Shown: positions 51,250-61,437 of the stretch, piece by piece
Numbering within the stretch: the stretch's first letter is position 1
Layout: every line of letters begins with the position of its first letter
Assembly (NCBI GenBank): GCA_963702005.1
Contig: OY969696.1
Coordinates: forward strand, 2,976,001-3,040,000
DNA: 64,000 nucleotides
Reading direction: 5' to 3'
Source: Candidatus Aminicenantes bacterium
Lineage (GTDB): Bacteria > Acidobacteriota > Aminicenantia > Aminicenantales > JAFGBC01
Translations under genes and position numbers: made by a program
The notes under the pieces: generated by a model
What the model was told of the DNA's origin: nothing
Databases searched by the model: none
Seen by the model: only the letters and a program-made list of their open reading frames with translations

Positions 51250-53766
51250 ATGTCCCACAAGGCCGTTGTCGCGATCATGATCACTGCGCTCGGTTTCGGA
51301 ATCCTCGCCGCGTCCGCTTGTTCGCGTGGAGGCGTGACCGAAGGCCGGCCGCCCGCCCCGGCTCCCTGGCCGACCCCTATCCCCTGCCGTATCCAGAACG
51401 GGGCCAATCCCGACCTCTTCCTGATGGCGCTGGGGGAGGTCGGCACGCCGCTCGCCGACGGCCGCTTCGACCCGGCCCGGGACTTGGTGACGCTCGCCGA
51501 CGGCCGCGAGATCCCGAATTACTTTAAAGACGAGCTCGGCGTCAAATATTTCCGTCCCCTCGACAAGTCCGTCTTCCCGCTGCCCCCGTCGGGCTGGTGC
51601 TCCTGGTACTACTATTATCAAGAGGTGAGCGAAAAGGTCATCGAAAAGAACGCCGCCTGGCTGGCCGCCAACCTCAAGGACTACGGCGCCGTCTACTGCC
51701 AGATCGACGACGGCTGGCAGGGCCGCGGCCACGGCAGCAACGACAACCGGGATTGGACGACGATCGACAAGCGCTTCCCCATGGGAATGGCCGCGCTCGC
51801 CCAAACCATCAGGAACCTGGGTCTCAAGCCGGGGATCTGGCTGGCGCCGCACGGCCAGAGCAACGCCGATGTCGTCAAGCGTTGGAACGCATTCCTCCTC
51901 GGCAGGGACGGCCGATCCGCCTCCTCGACCTGGGAGGGCGATTATCTGCTCGACCCGTCGCGGCCGGAGGCCCTCGCCTATCTCAGGGACCTCTTCAAAA
52001 CCCTGGCCGAGAGCTGGGGGTATGATTATTTCAAAATCGACGGCCAGCCCATCGTCGTCGAGGAATATAAAGCGAAGCTTGCGCTCATGAAGAACCCGGC
52101 CCGGGATCCTGAAGCCCTCTACCGCCGGACGCTCGAAACCATCCGTGAGGCCATCGGACCCGGCCGCTATCTCCTCGGCTGCTGGGGCGTCCCGCTCGAG
52201 GGCGTCGGCCTCTTCAACGGCTCGCGGACGGGCGGCGACATCGTCCTCGGCTGGGATGGATTTGGGGTGGCCCTCGACGCCACCATGAATTATTACTTTC
52301 TCCACAACATCGCCTGGTACTCGGACCCGGACACCATGCTCCTCCGCTATCCTCTGACCCTGGATCAGGCCCGCGTCTGGGCGACCCTTCAGGGGCTGAC
52401 GGGCCAGGCCCTGTTCTCGAGTGACGCGCTTCCCGACCTCCCCGACGAGCGGGTTGAGCTTTTGCGCCGCGTCTTTCCGGCGGTCGACATCCGGCCCATC
52501 GACCTCTTCCCGGCCGGCCGCAACAAGAAGATCTGGGACCTCAAGGTCAGCCATCTCGGCCGCTCCTACGACGTCGTCGGCTGTTTCAATTTCGATGAAA
52601 CCAAAACGGCCGGGGTCGAACTCCTCTGGAAAGATCTCGGCCTCGACAAGGATGCTCCGGTCCACGTCTTCGATTTCTGGAACAGGGAATATCTTGGCTG
52701 CTGGGACAAGGGATTTTACGTCCCGCTGGCCCCCTCGAGCGTCCGGGTCCTGACCCTTCTCGCGGATAGGCCCGAGCCCCAGCTCATCTCGACGTCCCGC
52801 CACATCAGTCAAGGCTGGGTTGATCTCGTCGAATGCGGCTACAACGCCGAGGAGATGGCCTTCAGCGGCGAGAGCCGCGTCGTCCGCGACGACCCTTACG
52901 AACTCCGCTTCGTTTTCCCGCGCGGCGGCCCCGGCTTCCGGATCCTGTCCGCGGACGCCCGGGCCGAGGAAGTGACTTTCAAGAACCACGGCCGCTGGGC
53001 GACGGTCACCATCCGCCACCCCATCAACGCCGTAGTTCCCTGGAAGGTCCGATTCGAGCCGGCCGTCTATTACGATTTCCCGGTCCGCGCTCCCTCCGGA
53101 CTCCGGGCCGATATCAAGGGCTTGAACCGGGTGGCCCTGAGCTGGGATTCAAATTATTATCTCAACGCCGGATACGCGGTGAGCGTCGACGGCGCCCAGC
53201 GTTTCATAACGCCCGTCAATCGCTGCGAAATCTCGCTCCCCGATCCGGGCGCCGAATACGAAATCAAAGTCGCAACGGCCTGGCAGGATGGAACGGTCAG
53301 CCCCAAGACGGCGTCCGTCAAGATCAGGCCTCTGGACGCGGCCGCGCTCGAGGTCTTCCTCTCCGAACTCGACCCGGCTTCCGCCTCCTGCGGCTGGGGC
53401 GTCCCTCAAAACGATCGCGCCGTTTCCGGGGCCCCGCTCCGGATCGATTCGACAACCTATCCGAAAGGGATCGGGACGCATGCCGTTTCGGAGATCGTCT
53501 ACAATCTGTTCGGCCTGTTCGGCTCTTTTGAATCCGCCGTCGGAATTGACGCGGCGAGCGAAGGGGACAAAGGCTCGGTCATGTTCGAAGTCTACGCCGA
53601 CGGGAAGCTCCTCTGGACGAGCGGCCTGATGAAGAAGTCGACCGGCGCCAAGACGCTCATGCTCGACGTCCGCGGCGTCAAGGAGCTCCGTCTCAGGGTC
53701 GGCGACGGAGGGGACGGGATCGACTACGACCATGCCGACTGGGCCGGCGCCCGCCTCCTGCGCTGA
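51250..53766 (+). CDS. Alpha-galactosidase-like (GH27/GH36 clan) lipoprotein with FN3-like and NPCBM/NEW2 domains
   Basis: GWCSW, QIDDGWQ, YDYFKIDG, SRTGGD, DPD; C-terminal YPKGIGTHA...DHADWAGARL; ASAC lipobox-like motif. Confidence 0.85.
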   Translation: MSHKAVVAIMITALGFGILAASACSRGGVTEGRPPAPAPWPTPIPCRIQNGANPDLFLMALGEVGTPLADGRFDPARDLVTLADGREIPNYFKDELGVKYFRPLDKSVFPLPPSGWCSWYYYYQEVSEKVIEKNAAWLAANLKDYGAVYCQIDDGWQGRGHGSNDNRDWTTIDKRFPMGMAALAQTIRNLGLKPGIWLAPHGQSNADVVKRWNAFLLGRDGRSASSTWEGDYLLDPSRPEALAYLRDLFKTLAESWGYDYFKIDGQPIVVEEYKAKLALMKNPARDPEALYRRTLETIREAIGPGRYLLGCWGVPLEGVGLFNGSRTGGDIVLGWDGFGVALDATMNYYFLHNIAWYSDPDTMLLRYPLTLDQARVWATLQGLTGQALFSSDALPDLPDERVELLRRVFPAVDIRPIDLFPAGRNKKIWDLKVSHLGRSYDVVGCFNFDETKTAGVELLWKDLGLDKDAPVHVFDFWNREYLGCWDKGFYVPLAPSSVRVLTLLADRPEPQLISTSRHISQGWVDLVECGYNAEEMAFSGESRVVRDDPYELRFVFPRGGPGFRILSADARAEEVTFKNHGRWATVTIRHPINAVVPWKVRFEPAVYYDFPVRAPSGLRADIKGLNRVALSWDSNYYLNAGYAVSVDGAQRFITPVNRCEISLPDPGAEYEIKVATAWQDGTVSPKTASVKIRPLDAAALEVFLSELDPASASCGWGVPQNDRAVSGAPLRIDSTTYPKGIGTHAVSEIVYNLFGLFGSFESAVGIDAASEGDKGSVMFEVYADGKLLWTSGLMKKSTGAKTLMLDVRGVKELRLRVGDGGDGIDYDHADWAGARLLR

Positions 53767-53869
53767 GCTTGCTATTTCAGGTCCGGATCGCCGAGGGCCA
53801 TATAAGCGGGCGCGGCGCGGCCGTTTCGCCGCAAGGCGGCGCTCAGACGAGTCCTCCGCAAGCCGCGGA

Positions 53870-54781
53870 CTAGACCTTGATGGGCGTGATGATCAGCAGG
53901 AAAGTGATGAAAAGGAAAATCAAGGTCACCAGCGGAAAGATATACCAGGCGGCCCGGCTCAGCGCCGACGGCTTCTCGATGCGCCCGGCCTTGGCCATCC
54001 GGTCCTCCCAGGGCGCGCCGGCCAGCGCGGTCAGGGCGAAGCTGGCCGTGAGCGGCGGCCCGGCCGCGGTCCTTCCCGCATACAGAACGAACGCCGTCGT
54101 GCCGCCCAGGACGATCAGAATGGCCGGCCCATAAAACACCCAGGTCCAGGTCTTGAAGGGAAGAGCCGGGGCCGACAGGAAGGGCCGGACCACCGTCCAG
54201 GCGATCATGCCTAAGAAGAGAACGTAGCCGGCGACCGTTTCCGGCACCGATCTCCTCGCCGTTTCAGGGCTCGTCTGCAAAAGCTTCGCGGGCCCGGATT
54301 CCATCGCCTGCAGCCGCGCTTCCCCCGCAAGTTTCCAGCCCGGGACAAAGCAGACGGCGGCCAAAATCAACCCGAAGACCGAGGGCAGGAGGGAGGCGGC
54401 CATGGCGGAGGCAACGGCGGCGATCCCGCCCTTGCCGGAAAGGGATATATCGTTGAGAGCGTTGACGAAACTCAAGACGCTGGCCAGCACGCCCATCATC
54501 CAGAAATTGCGGGCCATGGAGTCCCAGAACAAAGCCGAGGTCCGGACCGCCGGCCGGACGGCCGTCCCGCCCGCCGCGTGGCGGAAGGCCGCGGCGATCT
54601 CGGGCACGGAGTAGCTGATCAGGGCCAGCGCCGCACCGCCCAGCAGCACCAGCAGGACACCGTAGCCCCGCATGAAACCAGAGAACCGTCCGAACACCAC
54701 GATGGCGGCCGCCAGAATGGCGAAAGCCAAGATCCTTTGCCAAATCTGAAATGTTTTTTTTGTTTTCAAACTTTCTGACAT
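53870..54781 (-). CDS. Membrane protein with MotA/ExbB-like duplicated TM unit
   Basis: GGAGG RBS before ATG 54781; VLLGG...ISYS, GVLASVLSF, MAASLL..FGLILA..F.P..KL. The second unit appears shortened. Confidence 0.5.
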   Translation of the reverse strand: MSESLKTKKTFQIWQRILAFAILAAAIVVFGRFSGFMRGYGVLLVLLGGAALALISYSVPEIAAAFRHAAGGTAVRPAVRTSALFWDSMARNFWMMGVLASVLSFVNALNDISLSGKGGIAAVASAMAASLLPSVFGLILAAVCFVPGWKLAGEARLQAMESGPAKLLQTSPETARRSVPETVAGYVLFLGMIAWTVVRPFLSAPALPFKTWTWVFYGPAILIVLGGTTAFVLYAGRTAAGPPLTASFALTALAGAPWEDRMAKAGRIEKPSALSRAAWYIFPLVTLIFLFITFLLIITPIKV

Positions 54782-54798
54782 CTTAATCCCTCCAAGAT

Positions 54799-55328
54799 TC
54801 ATGAGAGGTCCCGAGGCCTCTCGGGCCGTCCCGACGGGCCTCGCTGCCGCCCCGAGCCGGATCCGGTCGGCGGCGACGGTCGATTCCAGGAAAACCGGGC
54901 CAGGAGAAGGACATCTTCGACAATCCCATCCTTCCCGGAAGAGGGCCGGGTTATCCCGACTTCGGCCGGCAACAAAGATACCGGGTCGACGGACAACCTG
55001 ATCATCCTCCGGTCCGCCGAATCCGTGAATAGGAATTCCGCCCTTCCAGGATCGAGCGGCTTTCCGCTTCCAAGCGGGCTCCATTGTTTTTCGATGCGAT
55101 CGGCGAGCGAATCCGGCGTCAAAAGCCAAGCGCATTTTGAAGCGCGTCCTCGGCCAGGCCCGGATGGCGGACGACACGCCAGATGGACTTCATCATCTGC
55201 GGCTCGAGGGGCGCGACGAACCGTTCGTAGCGGGCTTTATCATCCATTAAGGGATGATCCAAGGCCGAGTCTTGAGCGTCGAGGCCGGCTCCCGGGATGG
55301 CCTCTGCGATGGCCGGAAGGCTTTCCAT
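54799..55328 (-). pseudogene. ECF sigma factor N-terminal remnant joined to the C-terminal remnant of a downstream gene
   Basis: YERFVAPLEPQMMKSIWRVVRHPGLAEDALQNAL (sigma region 2) stops at 55119; an unrelated reading frame follows immediately. Confidence 0.65.
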
Positions 55329-55447
55329 GGCGTCTCCCGCTTGAGGTACCGTAAGAGCGGGCGGCATTGTTTACAGGACGGGCCGAAAACCAGCATCCCC
55401 ATAGAATCCCTGACCGCTAAAAGCGTTCCGATGACTGGGAGGTCAAA

Positions 55448-55957
55448 ATGAACATGACATCCAAATTCCCGATGACGGCAGCCCTGTTCGCTCTTTCGAT
55501 CGTGCCCGTGCTTTCGAGCTTGGATAAGCCGGCCCTCGGCGCGAAAATCAAGGAAGCCGCCGTCGTTTTATTGAACCCGGCCTCCGAGGCCGCCAGCCTG
55601 GAAACCGCGTTCAAACGGCTCGTTGAAGTCGTCGACACGGCCGCTCCGGAATCTGGCTTTCCGGCCGAGTTCGGCGCCAAGATTAATAAGGCGCGGCAGG
55701 TTTTCGCCTCGACGTCAATTCTGAATCCGGCCGGGCTCAACCTTCTCCGCGAAGCTTATGCCTCCATCAACGGCGGACAACCCTTCCGGTTCCCCGAGGG
55801 GCTGACCGGACTCGCGGCCATCCGCGCCCATATCGAGAAATTATCGGAGAGCGCCCTGAAGAACTTCGAGGCGGGACGAACGGGCGCGTCCGTCAAATCC
55901 ATTCTTGAGATCCTCATTATGATCGTGACCCCCGTGGAAGCGCCGGAAGGAGTTTGA
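55448..55957 (+). CDS. Hypothetical secreted helical protein
   Basis: GGAGG RBS, signal-like N-terminus, 169 aa. Confidence 0.65.
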   Translation: MNMTSKFPMTAALFALSIVPVLSSLDKPALGAKIKEAAVVLLNPASEAASLETAFKRLVEVVDTAAPESGFPAEFGAKINKARQVFASTSILNPAGLNLLREAYASINGGQPFRFPEGLTGLAAIRAHIEKLSESALKNFEAGRTGASVKSILEILIMIVTPVEAPEGV

Positions 55958-56093
55958 TTGGGGTCGGACCGACACGGAGCCTGTCGCTGGCCGCACCGGC
56001 CCTCCTTCAGTGACATCTCGCCTAATCCCAATCGCGGAGTTGACAATCGCATTCCATCACGTTAATAATTGAGAGCATGGGCAGGAGGATCAT

Positions 56094-58103
56094 ATGAAAA
56101 AGTTTTGTGTTCCGGTCCTATGGGGAATTTTGTCTCTGACCCTGTTCGCTCACGAAAACTCTTCCCCCTCGCCCGGCTTCAATCCCGGCCTGCTCGCACA
56201 GGATAAGGCCGCCTCCTGGTCCTCGCTCGGACCCTATGGCGGGGACATCCGGGCCATGGCCGTCAGCTCCCAAAACCCTTCTCAGATTTGGGCCTTATCC
56301 GTTACCAATCCGTCGCTCATCGGGAAAACGACCGACGGGGGCGCGACCTGGAATATCGCCTCTGTCAGCGCCGAATGTTTCTACGACCTCAAAATCCATC
56401 CGGTGACCGGCGTCCTCTACGGACTTAGCGATACGGCACTGTACAAATCAAGCAACGGGGGCACGACCTGGACTAAGTTCAAACTGGGAACCAACCAGCA
56501 CGGGTTTTGGGGGCGGCTGGCCCTCCATCCCTCAAATCCCGACATTGTCTATATCGGCGGCTATTATCAGAACGCAAGCTCCAAGAATAACATGGCCTTT
56601 TTCAAGTCCGCGGACGGCGGCACAACTTGGAGCGTTAAGACCTTTGAAGATGCCTCCAGCGACGGTCTGCTCAACGGCATCGCGGTCTCCCGCTCAAGCC
56701 CGAATGTCATTTACGCATTGGGCTACTTCACTGATTCGCAGGGCCGATTTAATGTCCGAATCTACAAGAGCGTCAACGATGGAGTCAGCTGGATCGGCCA
56801 ATCCAACCCCGAAGACCGGTTGTTCCGCGACATCGTCGTCCATCCCACCGATCCCAATAAAGCCTATCTTGTGACGGAATATCATGTCTGGCGGACCTCC
56901 AATGGAGGGAATACCTGGACTCCAAACAACGGTTCCGCCGGCGGCTATGTCCTTGCTCTCGATCCCTCCTACCCCGATACGCTCTACGCGGGGTATTACA
57001 ACACGGTCTACCGAAGCCTGAACGGCGGAGCGGACTGGGAGCAGTCAACTTCGGGAGTCTACGGCGATGTCTTTGCCATCACGGTCCTGACCGATAAGGT
57101 CCTCTGCGGGTCGTTGGCGGGGATCTTCGCGACCCAGTCCGGAGCGGGAACCGGCCTCACTTCCTGGCCGACCTGGACGGATTCGTCCAACGGACTGAAA
57201 GCCGCTACGTTGAAATGCTTCGCGGTCGCGCCCTCCTCCCCGAATACCCTCTATGCCGCAGTTTATGCCCGGGGGGTCTTTATCAGCAAGGATTCCGGAT
57301 CAACCTGGGCTATGCTGCCCTACTCCTCCGCGTCCAGTTTTTTCAGCCGGCTTGAGGTCCATCCGTCTCATGCCAACATCGTTTACGGCCTCTTCTACGT
57401 CTCGGGAGAGGACTCCCTTTTTAAAACCGCGGATGGAGGCAAGACCTGGACGAAGCTCGTGTCCGCCGAATGCGAAGATTTCGTGCTGAGCCAAAAGAAT
57501 CCCGGCCGGATCTTCATTGCCGGGACGAGCTCGGTCGGCTCCCAATATTACATGGCGCTCCACCGGTCCACGGACGGAGGGGCGAAATGGACGCACATCA
57601 AGATCTCCTCGACGGCCGGGAGCTGCGGGTATGCGATCGCTCTCGACCCCAAGAACGACAATGTCGTCTATGTGGGAGGAACGTCCGCAGGCGGAGGCGC
57701 GGCCCTCTTCAAGTCTTCCGACATGGGAAAGAAATGGACGAACATCACGGGGGATATCCAGGGCAAAATCGTGGACATCGCGGTCGATCCGACGACCTCC
57801 GACCGGATCTATGTCGCGAGCATGGGCGGCCTTTTTAAGAGCGAAAACGGGGGGAGCACCTGGAAGGCCGTCCGGAACGATTCCATCTGCTGCCTCTTTG
57901 TTCATCCGACCTCGCCCAAGATCGTCTATGCGGTTCAAAACTCGGGCAAGGGGATCTTCGTGAGCAAGAACTACGGAGCGACCTGGAGTTCCTTCAACCA
58001 GGGACTCATCTACAAGATTGTTGTAGCCCTGGGTCTCGACAAGAAAACCGACACGCTTTACGCCGCGACCTACGGCGCCTCGGTCTGGAAACGAAAAATA
58101 TAA
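56094..58103 (+). CDS. Secreted BNR/Asp-box repeat beta-propeller protein (VPS10/GH74-like)
   Basis: Many S.DGG.TW repeats; WSSLGPYGG; ATYGASVW. Confidence 0.88.
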   Translation: MKKFCVPVLWGILSLTLFAHENSSPSPGFNPGLLAQDKAASWSSLGPYGGDIRAMAVSSQNPSQIWALSVTNPSLIGKTTDGGATWNIASVSAECFYDLKIHPVTGVLYGLSDTALYKSSNGGTTWTKFKLGTNQHGFWGRLALHPSNPDIVYIGGYYQNASSKNNMAFFKSADGGTTWSVKTFEDASSDGLLNGIAVSRSSPNVIYALGYFTDSQGRFNVRIYKSVNDGVSWIGQSNPEDRLFRDIVVHPTDPNKAYLVTEYHVWRTSNGGNTWTPNNGSAGGYVLALDPSYPDTLYAGYYNTVYRSLNGGADWEQSTSGVYGDVFAITVLTDKVLCGSLAGIFATQSGAGTGLTSWPTWTDSSNGLKAATLKCFAVAPSSPNTLYAAVYARGVFISKDSGSTWAMLPYSSASSFFSRLEVHPSHANIVYGLFYVSGEDSLFKTADGGKTWTKLVSAECEDFVLSQKNPGRIFIAGTSSVGSQYYMALHRSTDGGAKWTHIKISSTAGSCGYAIALDPKNDNVVYVGGTSAGGGAALFKSSDMGKKWTNITGDIQGKIVDIAVDPTTSDRIYVASMGGLFKSENGGSTWKAVRNDSICCLFVHPTSPKIVYAVQNSGKGIFVSKNYGATWSSFNQGLIYKIVVALGLDKKTDTLYAATYGASVWKRKI

Positions 58104-58250
58104 GCGTCCGCTTTCCTTGAATAGAAATGCGGATTTGATAATTTTTTGATTTGCCCAAAAAGGCAAGGGCTTTGCCTGTCAACGGATCGCTCCTGCGGGC
58201 CGTATTCTGTTTATGGCCGTATTTCATCGCTCTTTCGCAAGGGAATTCCC

Positions 58251-59912
58251 ATGAAAAAGATAATCATCCCCATGATGTTTTGTCTCGCTCTCTCCAATAG
58301 ACTCTCCGGACAAATCCCAGACCTGGTCAAGAATGAAGGCATCACGAGTCCAATGCACCGGGCCCATATCGGCGAAGTCACCTTCATGTCCAATCCCATC
58401 CCGGTTCAGGACTATCGGGAATCGGATTTTCTGAAGATTTTTGAATTGAAGGAAAATTGCGACTTGAATATCCGGACGTTCATGGGAAACTCCCTGACAA
58501 ACTATCTGCATCAGTTGGCGCCCGAAATGAGCGCGGAGGAACTGAATAAAATCGGCAACTATCAATTTTCGTTCACTGTCGACGGGGCCCTGGTTTACAC
58601 CGAAAACCTCAATCCGGGCGCGGGAGGCCTCGAAGGCAAGAATACGCAAACCGTTTTCCGCGTCCCTTTGATCAGTACCACGGAGGAAGATTCCTGGGGC
58701 CGTTTTCTCTGGATGCGGTTCATGATTAGAGGGGGCGAGGATGTCTTGACGGAGGGAAAGCACGCCTTGAAAATCGAGATCCGGCCGTATATTAAGAATC
58801 CGGACCTGAAGACGGGGGAACTGATCGCCGCGGGGCACATTATCCTGGATGTCGTTAAGCCCAAAGTCGACGAGGCGAAGATCGGGCCGCAGCCCATCCA
58901 ACCCGGCAGTGGATGGCCGATCTCGAACGACCTCTACGACAGGGAAAAGATCCGGGACCTCAACCGGAAGATCGCCCAGAAGGATTTCAAGGACATCACG
59001 AGCCTCGTCGTTATCAAAGGCGGGAAGCTCTTGATCGAGGAATATTTCAACGGGGCGGATAGAACGACGCTCCACAATACGCGTTCCGTGGGAAAAACTT
59101 TCACCTCGGCGCTCATGGGGACCGCCATTCGGGACGGATTCATCAAGGACGAAACCCGGACCCTGGGGGAATTTTACGACCTCAAGTCCTTCGCCAACTT
59201 CTCCCCGAAGAAAAACGCCGTCACGCTTAAGAATTTATTGACGATGAGCTCGGCCTTCACCGGGTCGGACCTGGACGAAAACTCGCCGGGAAACGAAGAA
59301 AAGATGTACCCGACATCGAATTGGGTGAAATTCGCGCTGGACCTGCCGATGGACGAAGCCAAGGAAAACGGGAAGCAATGGGATTATTTCACGGCCGGCG
59401 TCGTCCTGCTAGGCGATATCCTCGACAAATCCGTCCCCGGCGGGTTGGAGCGATACGCCGACAAGCAGCTATTCAAACCTTTGGAAATCACAAGATACGA
59501 GTGGCAATATACGCCCCAAAAGGTCGTGAATACTGCGGGCGGCCTGCAGATGACGTCCCTGGACTACGCCAAATTCGGGCAGCTCTATAAAAACGGAGGC
59601 CTCTGGAACGGCGCGCCCGTTCTGCCGAAACATTGGGTCGAGAAGTCATTTCAAAAATATCTGAAGATCCCCAATAATGAAAACGGCTTCTACGGGCTTT
59701 TGTTCTGGAACATGACCTACAAAGTGAACAGCCATCCGTGCGAGACGTTCTATTGCACGGGAAACGGCGGCAACAAGATCTTCATTTTCAACGACCAGCC
59801 CCTGGTTATCGTCATCACGGCCACCGCCTATGGCAAACCCTACATGCATCCCCAGGTCGATAAGATGATGGAAAGGTACATCCTGCCCGCCGTCTTGAGG
59901 TTGAAAACGTAG
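58251..59912 (+). CDS. Serine hydrolase (beta-lactamase-related) with N-terminal extension
   Basis: RSVGKT (SxxK), LLTMSS, WDYFT, GNGGNKIFI; signal peptide from ATG 58251. Confidence 0.88.
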   Translation: MKKIIIPMMFCLALSNRLSGQIPDLVKNEGITSPMHRAHIGEVTFMSNPIPVQDYRESDFLKIFELKENCDLNIRTFMGNSLTNYLHQLAPEMSAEELNKIGNYQFSFTVDGALVYTENLNPGAGGLEGKNTQTVFRVPLISTTEEDSWGRFLWMRFMIRGGEDVLTEGKHALKIEIRPYIKNPDLKTGELIAAGHIILDVVKPKVDEAKIGPQPIQPGSGWPISNDLYDREKIRDLNRKIAQKDFKDITSLVVIKGGKLLIEEYFNGADRTTLHNTRSVGKTFTSALMGTAIRDGFIKDETRTLGEFYDLKSFANFSPKKNAVTLKNLLTMSSAFTGSDLDENSPGNEEKMYPTSNWVKFALDLPMDEAKENGKQWDYFTAGVVLLGDILDKSVPGGLERYADKQLFKPLEITRYEWQYTPQKVVNTAGGLQMTSLDYAKFGQLYKNGGLWNGAPVLPKHWVEKSFQKYLKIPNNENGFYGLLFWNMTYKVNSHPCETFYCTGNGGNKIFIFNDQPLVIVITATAYGKPYMHPQVDKMMERYILPAVLRLKT

Positions 59913-59924
59913 GAGTGCCGTTCG

Positions 59925-60782
59925 CTATTTCGCGTCGGGTACATGCTGCAGGAAATGCAGAACGTCGTCGTTGAACAACGCCGGGTCCTGGAGGAAGGAG
60001 AAGTGGCTCACCTCCGGCTGGAGCAGCAGGCCGGCTCCCGGGATGGTCGCGGCCATGAACTCGGTATTCTCGCGCTTGATCGCCTCGTCATGATCGCCGT
60101 CGACGATCCAGGTCGGCGTCTTGATGCCGGCGAGCCGGGCCTTGGTGAAGCTGGGCTGGGTCGCCCACATCTTGCTGAGCTGGTTGAGGAAGTCGTTATA
60201 CTTGGTCGGGGTCGCCGACAGCATCTCGTACTCCTTTTCCGCCCGGAGGAAAAAGGCGTTGAAGACGTCGCTCTTGCTGATGTCGGTCATGCCGCTCGGG
60301 TCCGAATTAGCGGCGAAGGCGAAGAGCTTGGTGATGCGTTCGGGATGGCTGATGGCGATATCGAGGCCGAGGATGGCGCCGTCGCTCCAGCCGACGATGG
60401 CCGCCTTCTTGATCTTCAGAAAGTCCAGCAGCGCGACCACGTCCGAGGCCATCAAGTCATAGCCATAAGGCTGGTCGTTGCGCGTGCTGCGGCCATGACC
60501 GGGGCTGTCCATGACGATGACCCGGCAGTGTTTGTCCAGGGCGGGCACCAGGCTGCCCCAGTAGTTGGAATTGGCGAGCCCCCCATGGAGCAGGATCACC
60601 GGCTGGCCCTTGCCGAACTCAGCGTACCAGATCTTAACACCATTGACCGGCGCATAGCCGCTGACCGAGGCCTTGGGCAGGGTCGGGGTGGGCGGCAGGA
60701 CCATCCATTGGTCCTCGGCGCGGGCGATAGCGACCGCTCCCATGAAGGCTAGAACACAGATGACGGGACCACGATGGCGCAT
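59925..60782 (-). CDS. Alpha/beta fold hydrolase, secreted
   Basis: LLHGG, GHGRS, GWSDG nucleophile elbow, catalytic D and H near the C-terminus. Confidence 0.9.
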   Translation of the reverse strand: MRHRGPVICVLAFMGAVAIARAEDQWMVLPPTPTLPKASVSGYAPVNGVKIWYAEFGKGQPVILLHGGLANSNYWGSLVPALDKHCRVIVMDSPGHGRSTRNDQPYGYDLMASDVVALLDFLKIKKAAIVGWSDGAILGLDIAISHPERITKLFAFAANSDPSGMTDISKSDVFNAFFLRAEKEYEMLSATPTKYNDFLNQLSKMWATQPSFTKARLAGIKTPTWIVDGDHDEAIKRENTEFMAATIPGAGLLLQPEVSHFSFLQDPALFNDDVLHFLQHVPDAK

Positions 60783-60895
60783 CGGAAACCTCCCTTTTTT
60801 TATGAAATTGCTTTTTCCGGGGCATGGTGAAAGACCGCAGCGGTCCGATGACGATCTCAAGAAGCTCCGAAAAAACGGATTCTTCCCTTCCGGGT

Positions 60896-61405
60896 TTACT
60901 GGCCTTCCATGGTGAATTCCCGCATATCGAACCAGAATCCCAGCCCGGACACGGAGTCCATCTCGGCTTGGACGATGGCCTTATGCCCCTCCTCGATCTC
61001 GACGAAGCGCTGGAAAAGAGCCTGCCCTTCGGGCGGAAGCTCCTTGACGACCGAGGCGTAGAACCGGCTCGTCTCGACCTCGACGTCCAGGGCCTTCTTG
61101 AGGAGGCGCACCTCCTCTTCCCGGGCCGCGACGACGACCTTGCCTTTGAGGGTCCGGACGCCTTCCTCGATGCGTTCCCGGGACGGGATGAGCGTGTTCA
61201 GACCCTCGACCTTGACCCGTCCCGTCATCTTCCATTCCTTGAGCCGGGATTCGAGGTACTCGACATGCTTCTTCTCCTCCTCGACCAGCGTCCGGAACAC
61301 CCTCTGACCGATCGGGTCATTCGACGACCGGACGGCATCCTGGTAGACCGTCACCACTCTGTTTTCGTACTGGAGGGCCGTCTTGATGGCTTCTTCGATT
61401 TCCAT
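60896..61405 (-). CDS. Rubrerythrin/ferritin-like di-iron protein
   Basis: Two E...EExxH units (EEEKKH, IEEGH). Confidence 0.85.
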   Translation of the reverse strand: MEIEEAIKTALQYENRVVTVYQDAVRSSNDPIGQRVFRTLVEEEKKHVEYLESRLKEWKMTGRVKVEGLNTLIPSRERIEEGVRTLKGKVVVAAREEEVRLLKKALDVEVETSRFYASVVKELPPEGQALFQRFVEIEEGHKAIVQAEMDSVSGLGFWFDMREFTMEGQ

Positions 61406-61437
61406 TCCTTTCTCCTTGACCAATATTTCAACGATTA

